Source: an uncultured Chloroflexia bacterium (lineage in GTDB: Bacteria > Chloroflexota > Anaerolineae > Anaerolineales > Anaerolineaceae). Taken from it: 32,000 nucleotides of DNA. The stretch spans positions 1,890,001-1,922,000 of the forward strand of contig OY969938.1 in NCBI GenBank assembly GCA_963704755.1, given 5' to 3'. The notes beneath the pieces are model-generated. The model searched no databases. It was not told where the DNA came from and saw only the letters and a list, made by a program, of their open reading frames with translations. Position 1 is the first letter of the stretch, and each line of letters starts with the position of its first letter. The translations under genes were made by a program, and so were the position numbers. This document shows positions 1 through 7,422 of this stretch, piece by piece.

Positions 1-493
1 TGGCTTTCTTCTCGGCCTCGTTGCAGGCATAATTAATGTAGGCCGCCGGAGCGCATTCCAGCACCAGCATGGTCTCGCCCGGAACCAGCATCGAGCCGCG
101 CCGGAAGCGGTTCAGCAATTGGGCCTGGTAGGGGTCCACGCGGGTGATCACCTGGATAGAGACCACCTGCGGGCGGATACGGTCCTCGATGTTCAACCCC
201 AGTCGGGCCAGCACCACCCGCCCGGATTCCTGTACGGCGGCCTGGTTATGAGAATGCACCTCGAACATACCAAATTCGCGCTCGACCACCTGCGCGCCCG
301 GCCGGGATTCGGTCGCCTTGACGGCGATATCCACCATGCGGAACACCTCGTTGCCGGGCGCCATTTCCACGTACAAAGCCGCCATACCCTCGGTCGGCAG
401 GTCACCCTGGGTGATCGTGCCGACGAAGGCGGCGTACTGCGGCTGCATACGGTCCAGGTAGCAGTAACACCTCAGCGAAAAATCTTCAGCCAT
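1..493 (-). CDS. Tandem-BMC-domain (BMC-T-like) microcompartment shell protein; C-terminal part lies beyond the window edge
   Basis: Absent from the ORF track because it runs off the window. Reverse translation from ATG at 491-493 gives MAEDFSLRCYCYLDRMQPQYAAFVGTITQGDLPTEGMAALYVEMAPGNEVFRMVDIAVKATESRPGAQVVEREFGMFEVHSHNQAAVQESGRVVLARLG...ETMLVLECAPAAYINYACNEAEKKA. That is one BMC-like fold followed by the start of a second. AAGGA lies ~8 nt upstream. Confidence 0.7.
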   Translation of the reverse strand, partial: MAEDFSLRCYCYLDRMQPQYAAFVGTITQGDLPTEGMAALYVEMAPGNEVFRMVDIAVKATESRPGAQVVEREFGMFEVHSHNQAAVQESGRVVLARLGLNIEDRIRPQVVSIQVITRVDPYQAQLLNRFRRGSMLVPGETMLVLECAPAAYINYACNEAEKKA

Positions 494-625
494 AAGCCAT
501 CCTTAGTCCATCGGGCATGTCATCCCGCTGCAAAAGCAGCCGGCAGACCCGGAATTCAGGCAGCCGAACAGACCAGCGGGGACAGGCGGCCCGTCCGGCC
601 GGTCGGTAAACGACCAGGCCCGCGT

Positions 626-964
626 TTATTTGGTTGCCTTGGCTGTTTCCGCGCTGCGTCCGCCGATGCTGCCCTTGGTCTCTTTGGGCAGGATCATTTC
701 TACGTCCGAATGTGGCCGCGGGATGACGTGGACCGAAACAACCTCGCCGACCCGTTTGGCCGCGGCTGCGCCGGCGTCGGTGGCCGCCTTGACGGCCCCT
801 ACGTCGCCGCGCACCATCACGGTCACGTAGCCGCCGCCCACGTATTCGGAGCCGATCAGGATCACGTTGGCCGCCTTGACCATAGCATCGGCTGCCTCGA
901 TAGCCGCTACCAGTCCGTGCGTCTCTACCATTCCAAGTGCAATCAGAGAAGTGTCTAGTGCCAT
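626..964 (-). CDS. BMC-H hexameric shell protein (PduA/EutM/CcmK-like)
   Basis: 112 aa. [26 protein letters not shown]...[23 protein letters not shown] is the canonical single-BMC-domain pattern. It has a ~20-aa Gly/Lys/Thr-rich C-terminal tail. Confidence 0.9.
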   Translation of the reverse strand: MALDTSLIALGMVETHGLVAAIEAADAMVKAANVILIGSEYVGGGYVTVMVRGDVGAVKAATDAGAAAAKRVGEVVSVHVIPRPHSDVEMILPKETKGSIGGRSAETAKATK

Positions 965-994
965 AGCATTCCTTTCTTGGGTGTGAACTCGATG

Positions 995-2455
995 TTAATA
1001 GGTCTTTTGACTGTCCAAAATCTCGTTGACTACCTGCCGGACCACCCGCTCGATTTCGGCGGGCGCCGGACCGGCCGCCGGTTCACCGGGCTGTAAAGCC
1101 TCCAGCGGCGGGGACATCGTTTCGTAAGCCAGGCGCTTGATGTTGATCAAGTGATAGGCAGTGATATTGTCGCCGGTAATCGAACCGCCTACCCCGCCCG
1201 AACCGAGGGTCATGGAGGGCATCACCCCGCTGGTCAGGCCAATGGCCCCCAGCGTGCCCATGGTGTTGACCAGGATGCGGAAGACCGGCTTTTCCAGCCC
1301 AAAAGCCATAATGACGCGCTCATCGTTGGCGTAGATAATCTGGGTATGGCCGCGCCCGCCGGTCTGGATCAGCGCAATCGAAGTCTCGCAGCCCTGTTCC
1401 CAACCGTCCGCCTCGTACCAGCCCAACACGGTGGTCAGCTTCTCGTGCGAGAGCGGCTCCTCGCGGCCCACTTTCTCCAGCGGGGTCACCAGGATGCGCG
1501 TCCCGGTCGGGATGTCGAAGCCGGCGTAAGCGGCCACGTAAGCGGCTGACTTGCCTACCACAGCCGTGTTGAGGCTGCCATCCGGGTGGAATAGGGCCCG
1601 CCGTAACAACTCCGTCTGGCGCGGGTCGGTAAAATAAGCGCCTTCCTCGCGCATCCGCCGGGCCAGCGGGGCCGCCACCGGCCGGTCGGCGATGACCGAC
1701 TGCTCGGTGGCGCAGATGGTCGAATAATCGAAGGCCTTGGAAGCGACGATGTAACGGGCGGCCTTATCGATATCGGCGCTGCGATCGACGTACACCGGCA
1801 CGTTGCCCGGCCCGACCCCATAAGCCGGCTTGCCGGTGGAATGGGCCGCCCGCACCATGGCCGAGCCGCCTGTCGCCAGGATCAAGGCGGTGTGGCGGTG
1901 CGACATCAACTCCTGGGTGCCTTGCAAGGTCACAATCTGCAAGCAGTTGATCAATCCCTTGGGCGCGCCGGCGTTCTCGGCCGCCTGAGCCATCACCTGG
2001 ACGGTCTCGTTAATACAGCGCACCGCCGCCGGGTGGGGCGAGAAAATGATCGCGTTGCGCGCCTTGACCGCGATCAGCGACTTGAACATGGCCGTCGAAG
2101 TCGGGTTGGTGGAAGGCACCAGGGCCGCTACCACGCCCATCGGCCAGGCGATCTCGTACAGGCGCCGTTCGGGATCGTGGCGGATGACACCCACCGTCTT
2201 CAGGTCGCGGATGCTTTCCCAGACCATCTTCGAGCTGAATTCATTCTTCAATCGTTTGTGCGCCGCCACGCCGTAACCGGTTTCTTCCTGCGCCAGGCGG
2301 CCCAGGCGATCCGCGGCCTGGTAGGCCGCGTCCGCCATCACGGCGCAGACCCGGTCCACCTCGGCCTGGGTGGCATGGCTCCAGATTTTCCAGGCCTCGT
2401 AGGCGCGGGCGACGGTATCGCGGGCTTCCTGAATTGAAGAAAGGTCTTTATCCAA
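995..2455 (-). CDS. CoA-acylating aldehyde dehydrogenase (EutE/PduP/AdhE-N-terminal type) with C-terminal encapsulation-peptide-like helix
   Basis: 486 aa. SKAFDYSTICATEQSVIAD matches the AdhE/EutE catalytic-Cys context. A Pro/Ala linker (PGEPAAGPAPA) is followed by EIERVVRQVVNEILDSQ at the extreme C-terminus. Confidence 0.85.
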   Translation of the reverse strand: MDKDLSSIQEARDTVARAYEAWKIWSHATQAEVDRVCAVMADAAYQAADRLGRLAQEETGYGVAAHKRLKNEFSSKMVWESIRDLKTVGVIRHDPERRLYEIAWPMGVVAALVPSTNPTSTAMFKSLIAVKARNAIIFSPHPAAVRCINETVQVMAQAAENAGAPKGLINCLQIVTLQGTQELMSHRHTALILATGGSAMVRAAHSTGKPAYGVGPGNVPVYVDRSADIDKAARYIVASKAFDYSTICATEQSVIADRPVAAPLARRMREEGAYFTDPRQTELLRRALFHPDGSLNTAVVGKSAAYVAAYAGFDIPTGTRILVTPLEKVGREEPLSHEKLTTVLGWYEADGWEQGCETSIALIQTGGRGHTQIIYANDERVIMAFGLEKPVFRILVNTMGTLGAIGLTSGVMPSMTLGSGGVGGSITGDNITAYHLINIKRLAYETMSPPLEALQPGEPAAGPAPAEIERVVRQVVNEILDSQKTY

Positions 2456-2485
2456 ACGAATACTCCTCTGGATTCACCCCAGCGC

Positions 2486-2779
2486 TCAGGCGGATTTGCG
2501 GAACACGAGTTCGCCGCCCACTTCCAGCGAATCGATGATCGACATAATGACCGCATCCACCGGGCAGTCTTTGGTCAGGGTGGTCTGGCGGGCCGAGGAC
2601 CCGGCCGCGGTCAGCACCAGGTCGCCCACCCCGGCATCGACCGTATCGACGGCCACGTAGGGCTTGCCGAAGGGCTCACCGTGCTCGTCGGTCTGGCGCA
2701 CAATCAGCAGTTTGCGCCCAACCAGCTTTTCGTCTTTGATGGTCGCGACCGTTGTCCCAATGACCCTGGCAATCAGCAT
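2486..2779 (-). CDS. BMC-P pentameric vertex protein (EutN/CcmL family)
   Basis: 97 aa. MLIARVIGTTVATIKDEKLVGRKLLIV...AVDTVDAGVGDLVLTAAGSSAR is the typical EutN/CcmL pattern. Confidence 0.9.
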   Translation of the reverse strand: MLIARVIGTTVATIKDEKLVGRKLLIVRQTDEHGEPFGKPYVAVDTVDAGVGDLVLTAAGSSARQTTLTKDCPVDAVIMSIIDSLEVGGELVFRKSA

Positions 2780-2793
2780 AGATGCTCTCCCAA

Positions 2794-3723
2794 TTAATAG
2801 CTTTTCCCGGCCGCAGCCGGCGCAGGAGCGCCTGCCTTCTGGCCGGCCGGGCCCTGCACAATTTTTACCCCGGCGCTGGCGCCAATGCGTGTGGCCCCGG
2901 CCTTGACCAGGTTTTCGGCTTCCTCATAGGTGTGGATGCCGCCGGCCGCTTTGACGCCCATCTGCGGGCCGACCACCCGGCGCATCAAGGCCACGTCGTG
3001 GACCGTGGCTCCGCCGCCGGCAAAACCGGTCGAGGTCTTGACGAAATCTGCCCCGGCCTCCTTGGAAATCAGGCAGGCCAGGGTCTTTTCCTCGTCGTCC
3101 AGCAGGACGGCCTCGATAATTACTTTTACAATCGCCCCGCGATCGTGCGAGGCGCTAACCACCCCGCGGATATCGCGGGCCACCAACTCCAGGTCGCGAG
3201 CCTTCAACCCGCCGATATTGATGACCATATCGATCTCGCTGGCGCCTTGCTCGATGGCCTTTTGGGCCTCGAAGACCTTTACCTCCGGGGCCGAAGCGCC
3301 CAGCGGAAAGCCGATGACCGTGCAGACCCTGGCCGCCGATCCATTCAAGAGCTGCGCCGCCAGGCTCACCCAGGCCGGGTTGATGCACACCGTGGCGAAA
3401 CCGTATTTGCGCGCCTCGAAACACAGTTGGGCGATCTGGTCGGGGGTGGCGTCCGGCTTGAGCAGGGTATGGTCGATCATCGGCGCCAGGTTCAAATCCT
3501 GCGGGATCACACCCAGCGAAGACGAAATTCGCTCGGCGCCGGCGCTGACCACCCGCCCGGTCCGGTCGAAGCAGGTGCGCACACACAACCCTTCGGCGCA
3601 GTCGAGCTGGCACTGCTGGCCGTCCGGCCCGGCCGCTCCCCCACGCTGCTCGGCCACGGCCACCAGTACCTCGTGGGTGATAATCTCGATCAACTGCTCG
3701 ATGGTCTTCCGGTCAGGTTCCAT
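2794..3723 (-). CDS. deoC: Deoxyribose-phosphate aldolase (DeoC) with ~85-aa N-terminal extension (amphipathic helix plus 4-Cys segment)
   Basis: 309 aa. Core motifs are [23 protein letters not shown] and [11 protein letters not shown] (Schiff-base Lys context). The N-terminus has [19 protein letters not shown], then [14 protein letters not shown]. Confidence 0.85.
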   Translation of the reverse strand: MEPDRKTIEQLIEIITHEVLVAVAEQRGGAAGPDGQQCQLDCAEGLCVRTCFDRTGRVVSAGAERISSSLGVIPQDLNLAPMIDHTLLKPDATPDQIAQLCFEARKYGFATVCINPAWVSLAAQLLNGSAARVCTVIGFPLGASAPEVKVFEAQKAIEQGASEIDMVINIGGLKARDLELVARDIRGVVSASHDRGAIVKVIIEAVLLDDEEKTLACLISKEAGADFVKTSTGFAGGGATVHDVALMRRVVGPQMGVKAAGGIHTYEEAENLVKAGATRIGASAGVKIVQGPAGQKAGAPAPAAAGKSY

Positions 3724-3801
3724 GGCTTATTTCATCTTTAACTCTAACCAAAACATTGGCTGGGTCGTTTAAGGCAGCATTGCACCCGGCAACAGTGCGG
3801 T

Positions 3802-4410
3802 TCATGCTTTTAAATATTCCTTTTCGACCGCCATGATCTTGTTCACCCGGCGCTCGTGGCGCCCGCCCCCAAAAGGCGTGGCCAGCCAGACCTGGACGAT
3901 CTGTTTGGCCAGGTTTGGGCCGATCAGCCCGGCCCCCAGGGTGAGCACGTTGGTGTCGTTGTGTTCGCGGCTGTTGACCGCCGAAGAATAGTCATAGGCC
4001 ATGCCGGCCCGCACGCCCGGCACCTTATTGGCCACAATACAACTGCCGATGCCGGCCCCGTCGATGACAATCCCCCGCCAGGCCCGCCCGTTACTGACCA
4101 GGCGCGCCACCTGGTGAGCGAAATCAGGGTAGTCCACGGCTTCTTTGCTGTTGGTCCCGGCGTCGATAAAATCGTAGCCCAGGGCGGTTAATTCCGGCTT
4201 GAGGGCTTCTTTCAAATCGTACCCGCCGTGATCGGCCCCGATCGCCACCACTTTGCGCAAGGCAGGCTGGCCGCTCACCGGTGGATCGGCAGCGGGCTGG
4301 GCGGGCGGATTAGCAGAAGGCTCCGGCGCTAAGGCCGGGGCAACGCCTGCATATTGATCGAGCACACGGTGGACCATCTGGTGGATTTCATCGTCGGACA
4401 CATTCGCCAC
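3802..4410 (-). CDS. rpiB: Ribose-5-phosphate isomerase B / sugar-phosphate isomerase (RpiB/LacAB family) with N-terminal encapsulation-peptide-like helix
   Basis: Core motifs are VVAIGADHGGYDLKEAL, GIVIDGAGIGSCIVANKVPGVRA and REHNDTNVLTLGA. I place the start at GTG 4408-4410, which is preceded by AAGGAG with a 6-nt spacer. The track's longer ORF (to 4500) reads through a perfect hairpin. The N-terminus is (M)ANVSDDEIHQMVHRVLDQY followed by a Pro/Ala-rich linker. Confidence 0.8.
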   Translation of the reverse strand: MANVSDDEIHQMVHRVLDQYAGVAPALAPEPSANPPAQPAADPPVSGQPALRKVVAIGADHGGYDLKEALKPELTALGYDFIDAGTNSKEAVDYPDFAHQVARLVSNGRAWRGIVIDGAGIGSCIVANKVPGVRAGMAYDYSSAVNSREHNDTNVLTLGAGLIGPNLAKQIVQVWLATPFGGGRHERRVNKIMAVEKEYLKA

Positions 4411-4466
4411 GATCTGCTCCTTGAAAAAGAAAAAGATGGCTCTTCCGATTCTGACGGGTGGTACTC

Positions 4467-4519
4467 CTGGATTTGAGGTGTTGGGGTGGGCTTCGCCCAC
4501 CCCAACACCTCAAATCCAG
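4467..4519. repeat. Perfect 25-bp-stem hairpin (H1), TTC apex; lies between the candidate BMC-operon promoter and rpiB
   Basis: CTGGATTTGAGGTGTTGGGGTGGGC-TTC-GCCCACCCCAACACCTCAAATCCAG, with no mismatch. Confidence 0.9.
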
Positions 4520-4558
4520 ATATTTCCGACTTGTCAAACAATTATCTATTCTATTAAT

Positions 4559-4587
4559 ATTATCCGCTTTAAGACCGGTAAGGTCAA
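4559..4587 (-). promoter_or_regulatory. Candidate sigma70-type promoter of the BMC operon
   Basis: The minus strand reads TTGACC (4582-4587), a 17-nt spacer, then GATAAT (4559-4564). This would give a ~140-nt leader containing H1. Confidence 0.4.
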
Positions 4588-4602
4588 GTACATTTTATGA
4601 GA

Positions 4603-4714
4603 GTGTTGAAAAACGCCTTCATGTGAAAATTTTTTGGGTATATGTGGCGGGGCGGCTTCGCCGCCCCGCCACATATACCCAAATCTGGATGATGAAAAGC
4701 TACTTTTTCAACAC
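4603..4714. repeat. Nested palindrome: perfect 24-bp hairpin H2 (4633-4683, TTC apex) flanked by an 11-bp outer inverted repeat
   Basis: H2 is TTTGGGTATATGTGGCGGGGCGGC-TTC-GCCGCCCCGCCACATATACCCAAA. The outer repeat is GTGTTGAAAAA (4603-4613) against TTTTTCAACAC (4704-4714). Confidence 0.9.
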
Positions 4715-4794
4715 CCTATTTTATAAATCGCCGATTTGGAAAGACCCTAAACATACATTTGTGGTTCTGCCAGTGCCCTGTCCCACCGGCGCAA

Positions 4795-4874
4795 ACCCTC
4801 ATCCCGGCCTTCCCCACGCTTCGCGGAGAGGGAAGGAGCAAGAAAATTCCTCTCCCGGTCGAGGAGAGGAATTT
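4795..4874 (+). repeat. Copy of the dispersed CCCTCATCCC-GGCCTTCCCC repeat family plus a perfect 12-bp hairpin
   Basis: The copy reads ACCCTCATCCCGGCCTTCCCCACGCTTCGCGGAGAGGGAAGGAGCAAGA. It is followed by AAATTCCTCTCC-cggtcga-GGAGAGGAATTT (4844-4874). Confidence 0.85.
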
Positions 4875-4957
4875 GGCGCCGGCCTGCCGGGTATGCATCC
4901 CCAGCAAGATCAAGCCTAACTCTATTCATCCACTTCCCGCCGGCGAGCAGAACTTAA

Positions 4958-4995
4958 CGCCTTCTCCCTCCCAGGGAGAAGGCGGGGATGAGGGT
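4958..4995 (-). repeat. Inverted, diverged copy of the same repeat family
   Basis: The reverse complement reads ACCCTCATCCCCGCCTTCTCCCTGGGAGGGAGAAGGCG. Confidence 0.75.
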
Positions 4996-5027
4996 AGATG
5001 CCGGCCAAACCACAGCGTCCAACCTGC

Positions 5028-5495
5028 TTATCCCCCCAACCGGACCGCCTCCGCTCCGCTGAAGGTGACCGGTATGGCTGCGCGGACGGTGTTCTGGATT
5101 TCGGCCAGCCGGTCGGTGGCTTGAATCAGGTCCAAAATATCCTCTTCGCTGGCAGCGGCAAACACCCGGGCCCGGTAATTCACCTTGCTGGCCGGCTCAC
5201 CCGGGCTGCCGAACTCTCCTTCAACCTGCACCTCCACCCGCTCGACCTTGATTTCCCTTTTTGCAGCTTCGCGATAGACATCGTTGCAGTAACAGGTGGC
5301 CAACGCCAGAAAAAGCAGTTCGCCCCCGTTAATGCTGGAACCGGACCCACCGGCTTTAGGCTGGATGACAATCGAATGGACGTCATCCCCACTGGTCATG
5401 AAAACCTGATGATCCCCGTTCCCGTTATTCACGCTGGCGCTGATTCTCAATTCGCTCCTCCTTTGACCGTCAAAAACCGGTCGTCTTCGGTTCAT
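5028..5495 (-). CDS. OsmC/Ohr-family (peroxiredoxin-like) protein
   Basis: 155 aa. GGSGSSINGGELLFLALATCYCNDVYREAAKREIKVERVEVQVEGEF shows the OsmC-family layout with paired Cys. A GAAGG Shine-Dalgarno-like site lies upstream of the ATG. Confidence 0.7.
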   Translation of the reverse strand: MNRRRPVFDGQRRSELRISASVNNGNGDHQVFMTSGDDVHSIVIQPKAGGSGSSINGGELLFLALATCYCNDVYREAAKREIKVERVEVQVEGEFGSPGEPASKVNYRARVFAAASEEDILDLIQATDRLAEIQNTVRAAIPVTFSGAEAVRLGG

Positions 5496-5771
5496 AAAAA
5501 CCTTCGGAACTGCTCAGCCGGACAGATAAAACGCTAAACGCTTTAGCATGAGCCTGAACAGCTACAAACCGGCAATAAATTCTTTGGATGCCACTTTGCC
5601 CACCGAATGGGTCAGGTTTTAATGGAAGGACCAGGTCGTCAAGGACTTTTTCAGGAGGCACATCTAATATCATTTTATATCTTTTTTGGCAACATCTCGG
5701 CCTGCCAAGGGGCACTAAAATCGAGATTTTCACCGAAGTGGGTAAAAATACAATTCTAACCATAATTTAAT

Positions 5772-5800
5772 TTGACTATCAGGCTGTCGAGTTCTATAAT
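5772..5800 (+). promoter_or_regulatory. Near-consensus sigma70 promoter upstream of coxM
   Basis: TTGACT (5772-5777), exactly 17 nt, then TATAAT (5795-5800). It sits in an AT-rich spacer ~230 nt upstream of the coxM ATG. Confidence 0.55.
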
Positions 5801-5855
5801 ATATTACAGAGTAAATTGATAAAAATAATACACATATATAGTTTGGATCGCTAAA

Positions 5856-5916
5856 TCCTCATCCAAAGATAAAAGAGGCGCTTCGGTTCACCTCTTAAGG
5901 ATGAGTTACATTTTAT
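5856..5916 (+). promoter_or_regulatory. Two-tier hairpin followed by a T-rich tract in the coxM leader (possible attenuator or small-RNA terminator)
   Basis: CTCATCC (5858-5864) pairs with GGATGAG (5899-5905). An inner stem AAGAGG/CCTCTT encloses a cgcttcggttca loop. The structure is followed by TTACATTTTAT. Confidence 0.3.
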
Positions 5917-6033
5917 CGTTAGCCATACATCATAAAGGCCAGCCTTCCACTTCCAAATCCTATAACTGCTCAAACAAGGCTTCACATTGCAGGGATTGGG
6001 ACTATCAGGGTCCCCGCTGAAAGTGAGGTATGG

Positions 6034-6903
6034 ATGATTCCCCCAGCGTTTGAGTACGCCGCTCCATCATCACTTGGTGAAGCGATCGGCCTTCTTGGCA
6101 AGAATGAAGGCTCCAAAGTCCTGGCAGGCGGGCAGAGCCTGCTTCCAATGATGCGGTTCAGACTGGCGTCGCCAGACCTGTTGGTGGACATCAACCACAT
6201 CCAGGGACTGGAATACATCCGCGAGGATGACGGCTGGCTCAAAATCGGCGCCCTGACGCGCGAAACGGCCCTGGACCATTCGGAACTGGTGCGCGAAAAG
6301 TATCCGCTGCTGGCTTCCACCACCCGTATGGTAGCCGACCCGATCGTGCGCAACCTGGCCACCCTGGGGGGTAACCTGGCCCACGCCGACCCGGCCAACG
6401 ATCACCCGGCCACCATGCTGGCGTACGGCGCCCAGGTGGTCGCTCAAGGGCCAAAGGGCCAGCGGGTGATCCCGATCCAGGATTTCTTCCTGGGCCCGTT
6501 CGAGTCCAGCCTGGAGCACGACGAAATCCTGACCGAGATCCGCATCCCGCGTTTCGGACCCGGCGATACCGGCGCTTACGTGAAAATGGAACGCAAGGTC
6601 GGCGATTTCGCTACTGCCGGAGTAGCCGTCCAGTTTTGCCTGGATGGCTCCGGCGTGTGCAAATCCGTCGGGATCGGCCTGACCAACGTCGGCCTGACCC
6701 CGATCAAAGCCGTAGAGGCAGAAAAATTGTTGCTCAACCAAAAACTGGATGACGACGCCATCCATAAAGCTGCCCAGGCCGCTGCCGCCGCTGCCGAACC
6801 CGAGGAAGACACACGCGGATCGGTCGAATATAAGCACGCCCTGGTCAAGACTTTGACAGTCCGCGCGTTGCGGGCAGCCCAAGCCAATCTAATGGAGGTA
6901 TGA
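6034..6903 (+). CDS. coxM: CO dehydrogenase medium (FAD-binding) subunit
   Basis: 289 aa. It shows the FAD-binding subunit pattern of the xanthine dehydrogenase family ([36 protein letters not shown]). A GAGG Shine-Dalgarno site lies upstream, and the gene starts a coxM-S-L order. Confidence 0.9.
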   Translation: MIPPAFEYAAPSSLGEAIGLLGKNEGSKVLAGGQSLLPMMRFRLASPDLLVDINHIQGLEYIREDDGWLKIGALTRETALDHSELVREKYPLLASTTRMVADPIVRNLATLGGNLAHADPANDHPATMLAYGAQVVAQGPKGQRVIPIQDFFLGPFESSLEHDEILTEIRIPRFGPGDTGAYVKMERKVGDFATAGVAVQFCLDGSGVCKSVGIGLTNVGLTPIKAVEAEKLLLNQKLDDDAIHKAAQAAAAAAEPEEDTRGSVEYKHALVKTLTVRALRAAQANLMEV

Positions 6904-6904
6904 G

Positions 6905-7408
6905 GTGAACACCCATCATATTTCTCTGACCGTAAACGGTGAGAAGGTGGAAGCAGACGTTGAGCCGCGTATGCTGTTGGTTTATTTCCTGCGCGAGGTG
7001 CTCAACCTGACCGGCACTCACATTGGCTGCGATACCACTTCTTGTGGCGCCTGTACCATCCACCTGAACGGCCAACCGGTCAAATCCTGCACGGTATTAG
7101 CCGTCCAGGCCAATGGCGGCGAGGTTCGCACAGTCGAAGGCCTGGCAGTCAACGGCCAACTGCACCCCATTCAAGAAGGCTTTCACCAGGAACATGGCCT
7201 GCAATGCGGTTACTGCACGCCCGGTATGATGATGACCAGCGTGGCCCTGCTCGCAGAGAACCCTAACCCGAGCGAAGAGGAAATCCGTTGGGCAATTTCG
7301 GGCAACCTGTGTCGCTGCACCGGTTACGTCAACATCGTCAAATCCATCCAATATGCTGCCCAAAAGATGCAGGCCGGAGAAGGCGTTTCCGAACCTGTTA
7401 GCAGTTAA
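6905..7408 (+). CDS. coxS: CO dehydrogenase small ([2Fe-2S]x2) subunit
   Basis: 167 aa with a GTG start 1 nt after the coxM stop. The two cluster motifs are [21 protein letters not shown] and [10 protein letters not shown]...CRCTGY. Confidence 0.92.
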   Translation: MNTHHISLTVNGEKVEADVEPRMLLVYFLREVLNLTGTHIGCDTTSCGACTIHLNGQPVKSCTVLAVQANGGEVRTVEGLAVNGQLHPIQEGFHQEHGLQCGYCTPGMMMTSVALLAENPNPSEEEIRWAISGNLCRCTGYVNIVKSIQYAAQKMQAGEGVSEPVSS

Positions 7409-7422
7409 TTACGGAGGTAGAA

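Noticed and set aside
4411-4500. 30-codon N-terminal extension of RpiB in the track (MGEAHPNTSNPGVPPVRIGRAIFFFFKEQI)
   Set aside because: It is encoded by one arm of hairpin H1 and a poly-A/T tract. An AAGGAG-N6-GTG start at 4410 fits better and places the amphipathic helix at the very N-terminus.
5470-5763. 97-aa minus-strand ORF in the AT-rich spacer upstream of the OsmC gene
   Set aside because: It has no recognisable motif, overlaps the OsmC start by 26 nt, and its composition is unlike the neighbouring genes. It is more likely promoter or leader DNA.
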